A stretch of DNA of 64,000 bases from Bacteroidota bacterium (GTDB taxonomy: Bacteria; Bacteroidota; Bacteroidia; Bacteroidales; NBLH01), in contig JBDLJL010000002.1 in assembly GCA_039714415.1 (NCBI GenBank), positions 14,269 through 78,268 of the forward strand, given 5' to 3'. Numbering within the stretch: the stretch's first letter is position 1; the number at the start of each line of letters is the position of its first letter. A program made the translations under genes and the position numbers. Positions 17,415-26,513 of this stretch are shown here, in pieces. The notes under the pieces are model-generated. The model saw nothing but the letters and a program-made list of their open reading frames with translations. It did not search any database and was not told the origin of the DNA.

Positions 17415-19610
17415 ATGGAAGGATTTCTGTTTTCACTATTAATATGGGCTTCAAGTTTGAATCCTAATTTGGCAAATCAGGCCAATGTAAATGATATTTC
17501 CTTTTCTGAAACAAGCTATAATTATTTGGCTCAAAATACTTTAGTTGAAAATAATTGTATAGAATGTCATGAGGATGTTTTGGAATTAAAGAGAAAACAC
17601 AAAGCTGCTACAGAGGGCTGTGATAAATGCCATACGCCTAATGGAAAAGAACACCCGCTTGAGGGTGTTAAAGGCTTTTCCTTAAGCCAAAAGATTCCTG
17701 CACTGTGCTTATCTTGCCACGATAGCTTAAATTTCAAGAAAAACTTACATCAACCATCAAAAGATGGGAAATGTATTGATTGTCATTCACCACATAGCTC
17801 AAAATACAAGAACTTGTTAATTGAAAAAAAGAGTGCGAATTTGTGTAAAAAATGCCATGACCTGGAGATAAAGGAAAAGGATGTGGTACACAATCCTGTT
17901 AAAGGTGGTAGGTGTCATAAATGCCATGATCCTCATCAATCTGATTTTGATTCGTTTTTGAAAAACGACATGCCCGCTTTATGTTACCGGTGCCACGATG
18001 GCGTTGCCGAAGAAATGAAATTAAAAAGGCTGCATGCCCCTGCCAAAGAAGATTGCTTCAAATGCCATGATCCGCACAATTCTAAAGAAAGTTATTTGCT
18101 TAATGATACCATCCCTACATTGTGCTATTCATGCCATACAGATATAAAAACGAAAAAAAATATACACCAACCTGCCGGTGATGGAAAATGTAAGGACTGT
18201 CATGCCACCCATGGTTCCAAAAATAAGAAGTTGTTAAAACAAAAGAAGTCAGTAAATCTGTGTAAGGAATGCCACCAACTGGAAATAAAGGAAAAGGATG
18301 TGGTACATAATCCCGTTAAAGGTGGTAGGTGCCATAAATGCCATAATCCGCACCAATCCGATTTTGATTCGTTTTTGAAAAACGATATGCCATCTTTATG
18401 TTACAGGTGCCATGATGGTGTTGCCGAAGAAATGAAATTAAAAAGGGTGCATACAGCAGCCAAAGAAAATTGTTTAGGCTGCCACAATCCGCATAATGCT
18501 AAAGAGAGTTATTTACTTCCTGACACTATTCCAAACTTATGTTATTCTTGTCACCAGGATAAGAAAACGAAAAAAAACATTCATAAATCTTCTGTTGACG
18601 GAAAATGTAGTAGTTGTCATGTTACCCATGGTTCAAAAAACAAAAATTTGCTAAGAGAGAAGAAATCAGTAAATTTATGTAAGGAATGTCATCAACTGGA
18701 TATTCCTAAAGGAAATGTGGTACATAATCCTGTTAAAGGTGGCAGGTGCCATAAATGTCATGATTCGCATCAATCTGATTTTGATTCGTTTTTGAAAAAC
18801 GATATGCCCGCTTTATGTTTCCGTTGCCATGATGGTGTCGCAGATGCTTTAAAAACTGATAACGTTCATAAACCAGCAAAGGAAGACTGCTTTAAATGTC
18901 ACGATGCGCATAATAATAAAGAAAGTTATTTACTTCCTGATTCTGTACCAAGTTTATGCTATAGTTGTCATAAAGATTTTCAAAAAAGTATAGAAGGTAC
19001 AGCATTAGTGCATCAGGCAGTAAAAAATCAGAAATCATGTTCAAATTGTCATTCACCACATGGTTCTGCTGAGAATAATTTTTTGAAGGCAAAAGAAAAA
19101 GAGCTATGTTTAAATTGTCATAATAAAACATACAAAACAGAATCCGGAATCATTGTAAATGTTAAAAAGCAAATAGAAAACGGTAAATCTGTACATGGAC
19201 CCGTTAATAACGGATGTGTAGTTTGTCACGACCCGCATTCTTCAAAAAACCCTAACTTAATGGTCGCAAACTTTCCGGTTGGTTCATATGCTGTAGCAAA
19301 CAAAGAAAATTTTGCATTATGTTTTAATTGCCATGATATTGAGATTCTTAAAAATGAACGAAGTAAAACAGTTACCAATTTTAGGGATGGTGATTTGAAC
19401 CTTCATTTTTTACATACCAATGGCAACCGGGGAAGAAACTGTACGACATGTCATAATATGCACGCCTCTAAAAATGAGCATTTAATAGAGGATAAAGTTA
19501 TGTATGGTAATTGGAAAATGCCCATGAAATTTATAAAATTAGAAAATGGAGGATCTTGTTTTCCGGGATGTCATTCAGAAGAAAAATATGACAGAACAAG
19601 AATATGGTAA
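17415..19610 (+). CDS. Giant multiheme c-type cytochrome, 26 CXXCH plus 1 C-terminal CX3CH
   Basis: The 26 CXXCH motifs were counted in the 731-aa translation, plus CFPGCH at aa 715-720. The sequence contains almost nothing but heme-binding units. Confidence 0.9.
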   Translation: MEGFLFSLLIWASSLNPNLANQANVNDISFSETSYNYLAQNTLVENNCIECHEDVLELKRKHKAATEGCDKCHTPNGKEHPLEGVKGFSLSQKIPALCLSCHDSLNFKKNLHQPSKDGKCIDCHSPHSSKYKNLLIEKKSANLCKKCHDLEIKEKDVVHNPVKGGRCHKCHDPHQSDFDSFLKNDMPALCYRCHDGVAEEMKLKRLHAPAKEDCFKCHDPHNSKESYLLNDTIPTLCYSCHTDIKTKKNIHQPAGDGKCKDCHATHGSKNKKLLKQKKSVNLCKECHQLEIKEKDVVHNPVKGGRCHKCHNPHQSDFDSFLKNDMPSLCYRCHDGVAEEMKLKRVHTAAKENCLGCHNPHNAKESYLLPDTIPNLCYSCHQDKKTKKNIHKSSVDGKCSSCHVTHGSKNKNLLREKKSVNLCKECHQLDIPKGNVVHNPVKGGRCHKCHDSHQSDFDSFLKNDMPALCFRCHDGVADALKTDNVHKPAKEDCFKCHDAHNNKESYLLPDSVPSLCYSCHKDFQKSIEGTALVHQAVKNQKSCSNCHSPHGSAENNFLKAKEKELCLNCHNKTYKTESGIIVNVKKQIENGKSVHGPVNNGCVVCHDPHSSKNPNLMVANFPVGSYAVANKENFALCFNCHDIEILKNERSKTVTNFRDGDLNLHFLHTNGNRGRNCTTCHNMHASKNEHLIEDKVMYGNWKMPMKFIKLENGGSCFPGCHSEEKYDRTRIW
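17697..18947 (+). repeat. Three tandem in-frame 417-bp (139-aa, hexaheme) repeat units inside the 27-heme gene
   Basis: CTGGA(G/A)ATAAAGGAAAAGGATGTGGTACA recurs at 17862 and 18279, and its diverged counterpart CTGGATATTCCTAAAGGAAATGTGGTACA lies at 18696 (period 417). Long stretches are near-identical at nucleotide level. Confidence 0.85.
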
Positions 19611-22600
19611 AATATTTAAATGGAATATATATGAAACGTGTTTATAATGTGTTGATTTCTATGCAGACAATGGCTGCATTGCTTATTTTGTATATAATTG
19701 CAATGGCGGTAGCCACCTTTATTGAAAATGATTATGGTGCCCCTGTTTCAAAACACTTTGTTTATAATGCCTGGTGGTTTGAACTTATCCAGTTTCTACT
19801 GGTTGTTAATATGGTTGGAAATGTTTTTAAATATAAGTTGTATAAAAAACAAAAGTTAAGTATCCTTTTATTTCACATTGCTTTTATTATTATTCTCATT
19901 GGTGCAGGTGTAACCCGTTATATAAGTTTTGAAGGGACAATGCATATTCGTGAAGGAGAATCAAGCAACAAGATTCTTTCAGGAACATTATTGCAAATGC
20001 ATCTGTCCTCCGGTGATTTGCAGGAAAATTATAATACAGAATTGTTTATAAGTCCCGCTGTAAATACAGAGTTTTATCATGAGTTTGAGATAAATGGGAA
20101 AAAAGTTGAAGTAGAATTGAAAAATATAATCCCGAACCCAAAAGAAACTGTGGTTGAAGTTATAGATGGAAAAGCAATAATTGATATGGTATTTGCTTCA
20201 AAACAGAATATGGACAACCATTTTCTAAAAGAAAAAGCAATATTAAGTCATGGTGGGTTAAGCTTTACATTAAATGATGAAAGCAATGGTCAATCAGTAA
20301 AATTTTATACAGAGAATAAAAAGCTTTACCTGTTATCATCTTATAATTTAAGCGTGTTGGCAATGACAGGTAGTGAACTTGATACTGTTCTAATAGCAGG
20401 CGAAAAACACGAAATTCAGCTAAAGCAGTTGTATTCAATACAAAATCAGAAATTTGTTGTTACTAATTTTTATGAAAAAGCAAGAATTTCTTATGTGCCT
20501 GGCGATATGAGAAATGGTATGCAATTTTTTGCTTTGGAATTTGATATAAAAAGCGGTGTTTCAACAAAAAAAGCTGAAATAATTAGTGCTTATGGTGCGG
20601 TAGGCTACCCTGCATCAATACAAATTAATGAAATAAATGTTGACCTTGCTTACGGTGCACAGGAAATGATTTTACCTTTTGAATTGAAATTAAGAGATTT
20701 TCAACTTGAAAGATATCCGGGTTCTGAAAGTCCGTCTTCTTATGCAAGTGAAGTAACTTTATTAGATGAAAAGAATAGTATTGATATGGATTATCGCATT
20801 TTTATGAATAATGTGCTTGATTATAAAGGCTATCGTTTTTTTCAATCATCTTATGACCGTGATGAGAAGGGAACCATTTTATCAGTAAGTAAAGATAAAA
20901 CAGGAACAATGATTACCTACCTGGGATACTTTCTTCTATCACTTGGTATGCTTTGGTCATTATTAAATAAAAACAGTTATTTTATTGAACTTCTAAAAAG
21001 AACCGGGGACATTAGGGATAAGAGAAAAGGGATTGCGACCGTTATTTTGATTTTATTATTATTTGGTACTCAAAATTCTTTTGCCCAGAACACCCGACAG
21101 CATATAGATGCTGCCCATGCTAAAGAATTTGGAAAACTATTTGTTCAGGATAATGGTGGCCGTATCAAACCTTTTAACACGCTGACTAATGAACTTTTAA
21201 GAAAAATTTCAAGAAAAGAAGAGCTGCTGGGGTTAAACTCAAATCAAGTTTATTTGGGTATGATATTTAACCCGGTGTTCTGGAAAGATGTTAAAATGAT
21301 AAAAATCAAAAACCAGGAGTTAAAAGATTTGTTGGGTGTAGTGGGCTCATATGTGTCATTTAATGATCTGGTTAACCTGGAAAAAAATGAATACAAGTTA
21401 AAATCATATGTTGAGATGGCTTTTAATAAGGAGCTATCCCAAAGGAGTAAGTTTGACAAAGATGTAATTACAGTAGATGAACGTTTAAATATTTCTTATC
21501 AGGTTCTTTCTGGTGCATACCTCAAAGTTTTTCCTATACCCGATGAAATAAATCACAAATGGTTAAACCCTTCTGGAAATAAACATATTAAAGATAGTGT
21601 TGACAGGCAGTTTGTGGCCGGTGTGTTTTCAGCATATTTTAATGCGGTTGTGGCATCTGAAAAATCTGGTGATTGGGCTAAGCCAAATGAAATTCTAAAA
21701 AGTATTAAAGATTTTCAGATGAAATATGGTTCAGAAATTATTCCATCAGAAACTAAACTTAAGTTAGAGGTTCATTACATTAATGCTGATATTTTTAATA
21801 GAATTTACATGTACTATGGAATCATTGGGTTCGTTTTTTTAATTGTTTTATTTGTGGGCATTTTAAAGCCAAAAATGAATATAAAAATATTCACAACCCT
21901 TGCCAGTATTTTGTTGGGGGTTCTCTTTTTGTTCCATACTTATGGTTTAGGTTTACGATGGTACATTTCTGATCATGCCCCCTGGAGCAATGGATATGAA
22001 TCTATGATTTATATTGCCTGGGCTACAATGCTTGCCGGCTTTTTGTTCATGAAACGTTCACCAATAACGCTGGCGGCTACCTCATTATTGGCATCTATCA
22101 CCTTGATGGTGGCCCATTTAAGTTGGATGAACCCTGAAATAACCAACTTAGTACCTGTATTAAAGTCGTACTGGTTAACTATTCATGTATCCGTTATAAC
22201 AGCAAGTTATGGATTTTTGGCCTTGGCTGCATTGCTTGGGTTTTTAAGCCTAATTCTAATTATTTTACAAACTAATAAAAATAAGGAACAAATAAACCTG
22301 ACCATTGAGGAAATAACAAATGTTAACCATATGGCAATTATTGTGGGATTGTATTTGTTAACTATTGGTGCATTTTTAGGTGGGGTGTGGGCTAATGAAT
22401 CCTGGGGCAGGTATTGGGGCTGGGACCCTAAAGAAACATGGGCTTTAATAACAATAATTGTTTATTCTTTCGTAACCCATACTCGCTTAATACCATTTTT
22501 GAACAATAGGTATACTTATAACCTACTCTCTTTATTAAGTTTTTCTTCAGTTTTAATGACCTATTTTGGTGTTAACTATTACTTGTCCGGATTGCATTCT

Positions 22601-22732
22601 TATGCCTCTGGCGATCCTGTTCCTGTTCCAGCTTATGTTTATTATATCTTAGCTATAATTTTTATAATTTCAATAGTAGCATTTTTTAAAAATTCAAAGA
22701 CTAAAGAAGAAAAGGTTTCCATATCAGTATAA
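19604..22732 (+). CDS. ccsBA: Fused System II cytochrome c synthetase CcsBA (ResB-like N-terminus plus CcsA C-terminus); alternative start at 19631
   Basis: The ResB-type N-terminus is SMQTMAALLILYIIAMAVATFIEN. The C-terminal WWD motif is WGRYWGWDPKETWAL, with multiple TM segments. ATG 19604 overlaps the stop of the 27-heme gene (ATGGTAA). Confidence 0.85.
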   Translation: MVKYLNGIYMKRVYNVLISMQTMAALLILYIIAMAVATFIENDYGAPVSKHFVYNAWWFELIQFLLVVNMVGNVFKYKLYKKQKLSILLFHIAFIIILIGAGVTRYISFEGTMHIREGESSNKILSGTLLQMHLSSGDLQENYNTELFISPAVNTEFYHEFEINGKKVEVELKNIIPNPKETVVEVIDGKAIIDMVFASKQNMDNHFLKEKAILSHGGLSFTLNDESNGQSVKFYTENKKLYLLSSYNLSVLAMTGSELDTVLIAGEKHEIQLKQLYSIQNQKFVVTNFYEKARISYVPGDMRNGMQFFALEFDIKSGVSTKKAEIISAYGAVGYPASIQINEINVDLAYGAQEMILPFELKLRDFQLERYPGSESPSSYASEVTLLDEKNSIDMDYRIFMNNVLDYKGYRFFQSSYDRDEKGTILSVSKDKTGTMITYLGYFLLSLGMLWSLLNKNSYFIELLKRTGDIRDKRKGIATVILILLLFGTQNSFAQNTRQHIDAAHAKEFGKLFVQDNGGRIKPFNTLTNELLRKISRKEELLGLNSNQVYLGMIFNPVFWKDVKMIKIKNQELKDLLGVVGSYVSFNDLVNLEKNEYKLKSYVEMAFNKELSQRSKFDKDVITVDERLNISYQVLSGAYLKVFPIPDEINHKWLNPSGNKHIKDSVDRQFVAGVFSAYFNAVVASEKSGDWAKPNEILKSIKDFQMKYGSEIIPSETKLKLEVHYINADIFNRIYMYYGIIGFVFLIVLFVGILKPKMNIKIFTTLASILLGVLFLFHTYGLGLRWYISDHAPWSNGYESMIYIAWATMLAGFLFMKRSPITLAATSLLASITLMVAHLSWMNPEITNLVPVLKSYWLTIHVSVITASYGFLALAALLGFLSLILIILQTNKNKEQINLTIEEITNVNHMAIIVGLYLLTIGAFLGGVWANESWGRYWGWDPKETWALITIIVYSFVTHTRLIPFLNNRYTYNLLSLLSFSSVLMTYFGVNYYLSGLHSYASGDPVPVPAYVYYILAIIFIISIVAFFKNSKTKEEKVSISV

Positions 22733-22792
22733 TGCCTGAAAAGAAAATGATTAAAGTTTGCTTTAAAGGCTTGTGCCCGAAAACGTAAGTTT

Positions 22793-22836
22793 CGGTATAG
22801 CCTAAAGTTTTAATAACTGAACTTTACGCTATACCG
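22793..22836. terminator. Long hairpin (17-bp stem with 1 mismatch, 10-nt loop) between the convergent ccsBA and 22890-23588 genes
   Basis: CGGTATAGCCTAAAGTT ... AACTTTACGCTATACCG. Confidence 0.5.
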
Positions 22837-22889
22837 GGACTGTCTTTTAAGATGAGAGCAATGGATAAGACGGGCTTTATGGATAAGTA

Positions 22890-23588
22890 CTATTTTGCTA
22901 CTGCTTCTTCAATTAATATTTCATATGAATATCCGTATCCAAAATCTCTGTCCAGAACAACTTTTCCTTCAATAGTTACAATATCCCCAACTTTAAATTC
23001 CTGGTTTGAAGTAACAACTAAATCAAATTTTCCGTTATAATCTGTTCCGTCCTGAAGGTGGATCCAGTTTTTTTTCATAATTGCGGCATTATATTTTGTA
23101 ACCTGCCCCCTTATTTTTACAGTTTTGCCTGCAATTTTTTCTTTAGATGAAAATAATTCAGAAATTGTTATCCCACCTTCGGCAGGATCTATTTTAACTT
23201 CATTTCTTACCACGGTTGATTTTACAGTAGAAGTATAAGTTGTTGCCTGGGCTACATTTTTGGTATCAGCAGGGCTGGTTGCCACTTTTTCCAGGAAAAA
23301 GACCGATTCAAAGTTTCTCCCCAATTCTTTACTATGAAAATCTTTCATTTCCATGCCACCTTCGTAATAGTAAGTTCCGCCTATTTCTGCCTGCATTTTT
23401 GGTACAGCCAGCCAGTTATCCATATCATTTTCTTTTACACGAAGGTAAGTATATGAACTTGTTTGAATCACTTCCTGAAGGACTACTTTATGAATTCTTG
23501 AATTATTTGTATTTGATTGTTCCTGATTTTGATCCTGGCAGCTTGAAATTAATAAGATTAAACCAATTTGAATTAAAAAAAGTCTCAT
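22890..23588 (-). CDS. Lipoprotein of unknown function, with a possible OB-fold-like C-terminal half
   Basis: The lipobox is ISSC. The C-terminal segment KTVKIRGQVTKYN...WIHLQDGT...DIVTIEGKVVLDRDFGYGYSYEILIEEA resembles periplasmic OB-fold proteins, but this is not a secure match. Confidence 0.35.
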   Translation of the reverse strand: MRLFLIQIGLILLISSCQDQNQEQSNTNNSRIHKVVLQEVIQTSSYTYLRVKENDMDNWLAVPKMQAEIGGTYYYEGGMEMKDFHSKELGRNFESVFFLEKVATSPADTKNVAQATTYTSTVKSTVVRNEVKIDPAEGGITISELFSSKEKIAGKTVKIRGQVTKYNAAIMKKNWIHLQDGTDYNGKFDLVVTSNQEFKVGDIVTIEGKVVLDRDFGYGYSYEILIEEAVAK

Positions 23589-23777
23589 ATTATTTCTTTT
23601 TAATGATTATTAATTAAGGTTATAAAATTATCTATAAAATTCTTTAATAACTACTATTATGCTTGTTAAAATCACTGTTATAAAATATTTTGTAACATAC
23701 AAAAATTAGAAATCCCAGGAATTATTTCCGGACAACTTTATAAGATCTTATTAAGCCTCCCTTTTTTTTAAAGAATA

Positions 23778-23812
23778 GGGCTATATGACCCTATTGTTGG
23801 GTTATATGACAT
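23778..23812. promoter_or_regulatory. Direct repeat GGGCTATATGACCC / GGGTTATATGACAT with 21-bp period, a candidate activator site
   Basis: Read directly. The reverse complement GTCATATAGCCC also occurs at 12738-12749. Confidence 0.35.
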
Positions 23813-23922
23813 AATTCAATTAAGCTAAAAAATGGTTTTAAATCCACTTCGCAAATTTTTATTCATCCTGAATAGCTTAATACATAGGGCTTGTGGCTAC
23901 CTGTGATTTTAAATTAAATTAT

Positions 23923-23938
23923 GGGTATAGTATTTGGT
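23923..23938 (+). promoter_or_regulatory. Weak -24/-12-like box GGGTAT-AGTAT-TTGGT upstream of the FeS/NrfD operon
   Basis: It matches the box at 12753 at 12 of 16 positions. It lies about 140 nt before ATG 24080. Confidence 0.25.
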
Positions 23939-24079
23939 TTTACCGAAATTTATAATCAGAACTTATGAAAACATTTATAATTTCTTTTAATAGTTATGCA
24001 CATATAAAATTGAATAAAAAGTAAAACAATATAGTCAATTAATAGATAGAAACTTAATTATTTCAAAATCAAATAAATT

Positions 24080-25075
24080 ATGCCTAAAGGTGAAAAAAAC
24101 AAAGAATCCTCCCGAAGAAAATTCTTGAGGTCAGGACTTGCAATAGGCGCAGGTACAGTAATTGGTGGAGGATTATTATCGTCTTGTTCAAAATCAAATG
24201 CACAAGATAATACGAACAATAAAAATGTTGAAAAGATTAAACTACTTACAACAGACGGTAAAATTGTTGAAGTAGAAAGAACAAAGCTTAGCCCAATAAC
24301 ACCAAGCGAACCGGCTGTTGGTGATGAAGCAAGAAAAGGGATACCGGGAAGAAAATTTGTAATGGTAATTGATCTTTCCAAATGTGCAAATGCCGGGAAA
24401 TGTACTACTAATTGTCAAAGTGGCCATAAACTAGAGCCCGGTCAGGAATATATGAGTGTATTTTTGATGAAAGACCATCAGTATAGTGATCCGTACTGGT
24501 TTCCTAAAAACTGCTACCATTGTGACAATCCATCTTGCGTAAAAGTTTGTCCTGTAGGTGCCACTTTTAAACGATCAGATGGATGTGTATTGGTAGATGC
24601 TGACAGATGTATTGGATGCAAATTTTGTGTTTCTGCTTGTCCATATTCAGCCAGGATATTTAATTGGAAAGCAGCAATTTCTGAACTTAATGCAGAAAAG
24701 GCTGAAGTAGAAAAAGAGAAAGAATTTTCACCGGAAACAGGTCTCCCTCATCAAATGGGAACGGTTACTAAATGTGATTTCTGTCCGGATAGGAGTAGGG
24801 AAGGGAAATTGCCATACTGTGTTACGGGTTGTCCAATGGGAGCCATATACTTTGGTGATGAAAATGAAGATGCTATATCAAATGGTACTGAAACTTTGCG
24901 TTTCAGAGAAACCATTGAGAATAAGGCAGGGTATCGGTATATGGAAGAACTGGGTACGAAACCAAGGGTTTACTATTTACCTCCGGTTGACAAAACTTAC
25001 CCATATGAAAAGGGCTTGAAAAATCTTACTGAGGAACAATTATTAAAATATAAAAACATACTCGATAAATCATAA
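24080..25075 (+). CDS. Tat-exported 4Fe-4S cluster protein (NrfC/PsrB/ActB-FeS-like)
   Basis: The twin-arginine signal is SRRKFLRSGLAIGAG. Ferredoxin-type cysteine groups include CYHCDNPSCVKVCP, CIGCKFCVSACP and CDFC...CVTGCP. Confidence 0.85.
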   Translation: MPKGEKNKESSRRKFLRSGLAIGAGTVIGGGLLSSCSKSNAQDNTNNKNVEKIKLLTTDGKIVEVERTKLSPITPSEPAVGDEARKGIPGRKFVMVIDLSKCANAGKCTTNCQSGHKLEPGQEYMSVFLMKDHQYSDPYWFPKNCYHCDNPSCVKVCPVGATFKRSDGCVLVDADRCIGCKFCVSACPYSARIFNWKAAISELNAEKAEVEKEKEFSPETGLPHQMGTVTKCDFCPDRSREGKLPYCVTGCPMGAIYFGDENEDAISNGTETLRFRETIENKAGYRYMEELGTKPRVYYLPPVDKTYPYEKGLKNLTEEQLLKYKNILDKS

Positions 25076-25080
25076 TAGCT

Positions 25081-26427
25081 ATGAAAATGAACACAGTAAA
25101 TAAACAATATAAGGAAGTTTTAGGTGATTTTCTTCCTAATTTAGGAAAACCAGACAGAAAATGGATTATCCAGGTAATTATTTTGTTACTAATAATAGGA
25201 GTAGGGCTGCTCGCTTTTGCCTACCAGCTTATTGAGGGGCAGATTGTAACCGGAATGCGCGATAATGTGGTTTTGGCTGTTTATATAGTAAATTTTATAT
25301 TTTTTATAGGTCTAAGTTATGCTGGGGCTTTAATTGCCGGTATTTTTCATTTAGGGGGTATAAACTGGGGTCGCCCCTTGCTCAGGATACTTGAAATTAT
25401 TACGCTTACATCTTTAATTGTTGGACCGGTTTTTATATTGGTATGTATAGGACGTCCGGAACGTTTTTTATATATGTTTATCTATGCACGGTTTCAGTCA
25501 CCTCTTATTTGGGATGTTATTGCTATTGTATCTGACTTGTTTTTTTGTATTGTATATTTAAATTTCACTTACATAAAAGATTTTGCAAAGCTTCGTGATT
25601 GCTCAGAATTGAAAGTTTCCAATTGGAGGAGGAAAATTTATACAATTTTTGCATGGGGTTATAATAATACAAAAAAGCAGGAAAAACTACTCAACCAGGC
25701 GCAAAATATAATGGCCGCTATCATTATACCAACTTCAATTATTGCTTATTCCTTATTAGCATGGCTTTTTGGTATGAATCAGCGTCCCGGGTGGCACAAC
25801 AGTATTTTTGCCCCTTATTTTGTACTAACCGCTGTTTATTCAGGGATTGCCCTTTTAATAATAATTATGTGGTACTACAGGAAATATTTTAAACTTGAAA
25901 AATATATTACCAAAGAACATTTTAATTATTTGGGATTTACCTTGCTTATTCTGGCTCTTTTCTACGGTTATTTTTCATTTAGCGAATATATTACGGAGTG
26001 GTATAATTCTCAAAAAACAACGAGTATCCTGTTGGATAAGTATTGGGATTTTTCAGAATATGGCTTTATGTTTTTGGTCTCAAATATTTTGGCAGCTATT
26101 CTACCCATAATTATTATAGGGTTTCCGAAATTTAGATCTGTTAATAGTATTACCATTAGCTCGGCTTTAATTTTATTTGCTCTATGGCTTAAAAGATATT
26201 TGATTGTGGTTCCATCGCTTGAAACGCCATATATCCCTATTCAGGATTACCGGGAGGAGTGGATACATTATTCTGCTACCTGGGTAGAGTGGGCTTTAAC
26301 CTTGGGGGGAATTTCTTTTTTCATCCTTGTATTTGTTTTAATGTCAAAACTTGCCCCGATTATTCCTGTATCTGAAATGGAAGAAAAGGCCAGGGGGATC
26401 AGGATTTTTTATAAAACAAGGGAATGA
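25081..26427 (+). CDS. NrfD/PsrC/ActC-family integral membrane quinol-interacting subunit
   Basis: 448 aa with about 10 predicted TM helices. It starts 5 nt after the FeS gene, and the N-terminal region is NrfD-like (AVYIVNFIFFIGLSYAGALIAG). Confidence 0.75.
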   Translation: MKMNTVNKQYKEVLGDFLPNLGKPDRKWIIQVIILLLIIGVGLLAFAYQLIEGQIVTGMRDNVVLAVYIVNFIFFIGLSYAGALIAGIFHLGGINWGRPLLRILEIITLTSLIVGPVFILVCIGRPERFLYMFIYARFQSPLIWDVIAIVSDLFFCIVYLNFTYIKDFAKLRDCSELKVSNWRRKIYTIFAWGYNNTKKQEKLLNQAQNIMAAIIIPTSIIAYSLLAWLFGMNQRPGWHNSIFAPYFVLTAVYSGIALLIIIMWYYRKYFKLEKYITKEHFNYLGFTLLILALFYGYFSFSEYITEWYNSQKTTSILLDKYWDFSEYGFMFLVSNILAAILPIIIIGFPKFRSVNSITISSALILFALWLKRYLIVVPSLETPYIPIQDYREEWIHYSATWVEWALTLGGISFFILVFVLMSKLAPIIPVSEMEEKARGIRIFYKTRE

Positions 26428-26440
26428 TTATTTTAAACTT

Positions 26441-26513
26441 GCGGTTCTTCCGCTATGACGGAACAGGCTATCTGGAAACTAAAAATAATTAAAAAATAAA
26501 CAGATGAAAATCA
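26441..26513. repeat. About 70-bp intergenic element, copy 2, running into the start codon of 26504
   Basis: GCGGTTCTTCCGC ... GGCTATCTGG ... AATAATTAAAAAATAAACAGATGAAAA matches 9444-9512 and 9566-9616. Confidence 0.7.

Noticed and set aside
17415-19610. Treating the 27-heme gene repeats as an assembly artefact
   Set aside because: The three units differ at scattered positions and stay in frame, which argues for real paralogous units. Long-read confirmation is still advised.
19604-19633. Which ATG starts ccsBA
   Set aside because: This cannot be resolved from sequence. ATG 19604 gives translational coupling, while ATG 19631 gives a more typical ResB N-terminus. The longer coordinates are kept and the alternative is noted.
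26460-26480. Sigma54-type promoter in the 26441-26513 element
   Set aside because: The GG and TGG elements are 14 nt apart rather than 12 nt, and there is no GC at -12.
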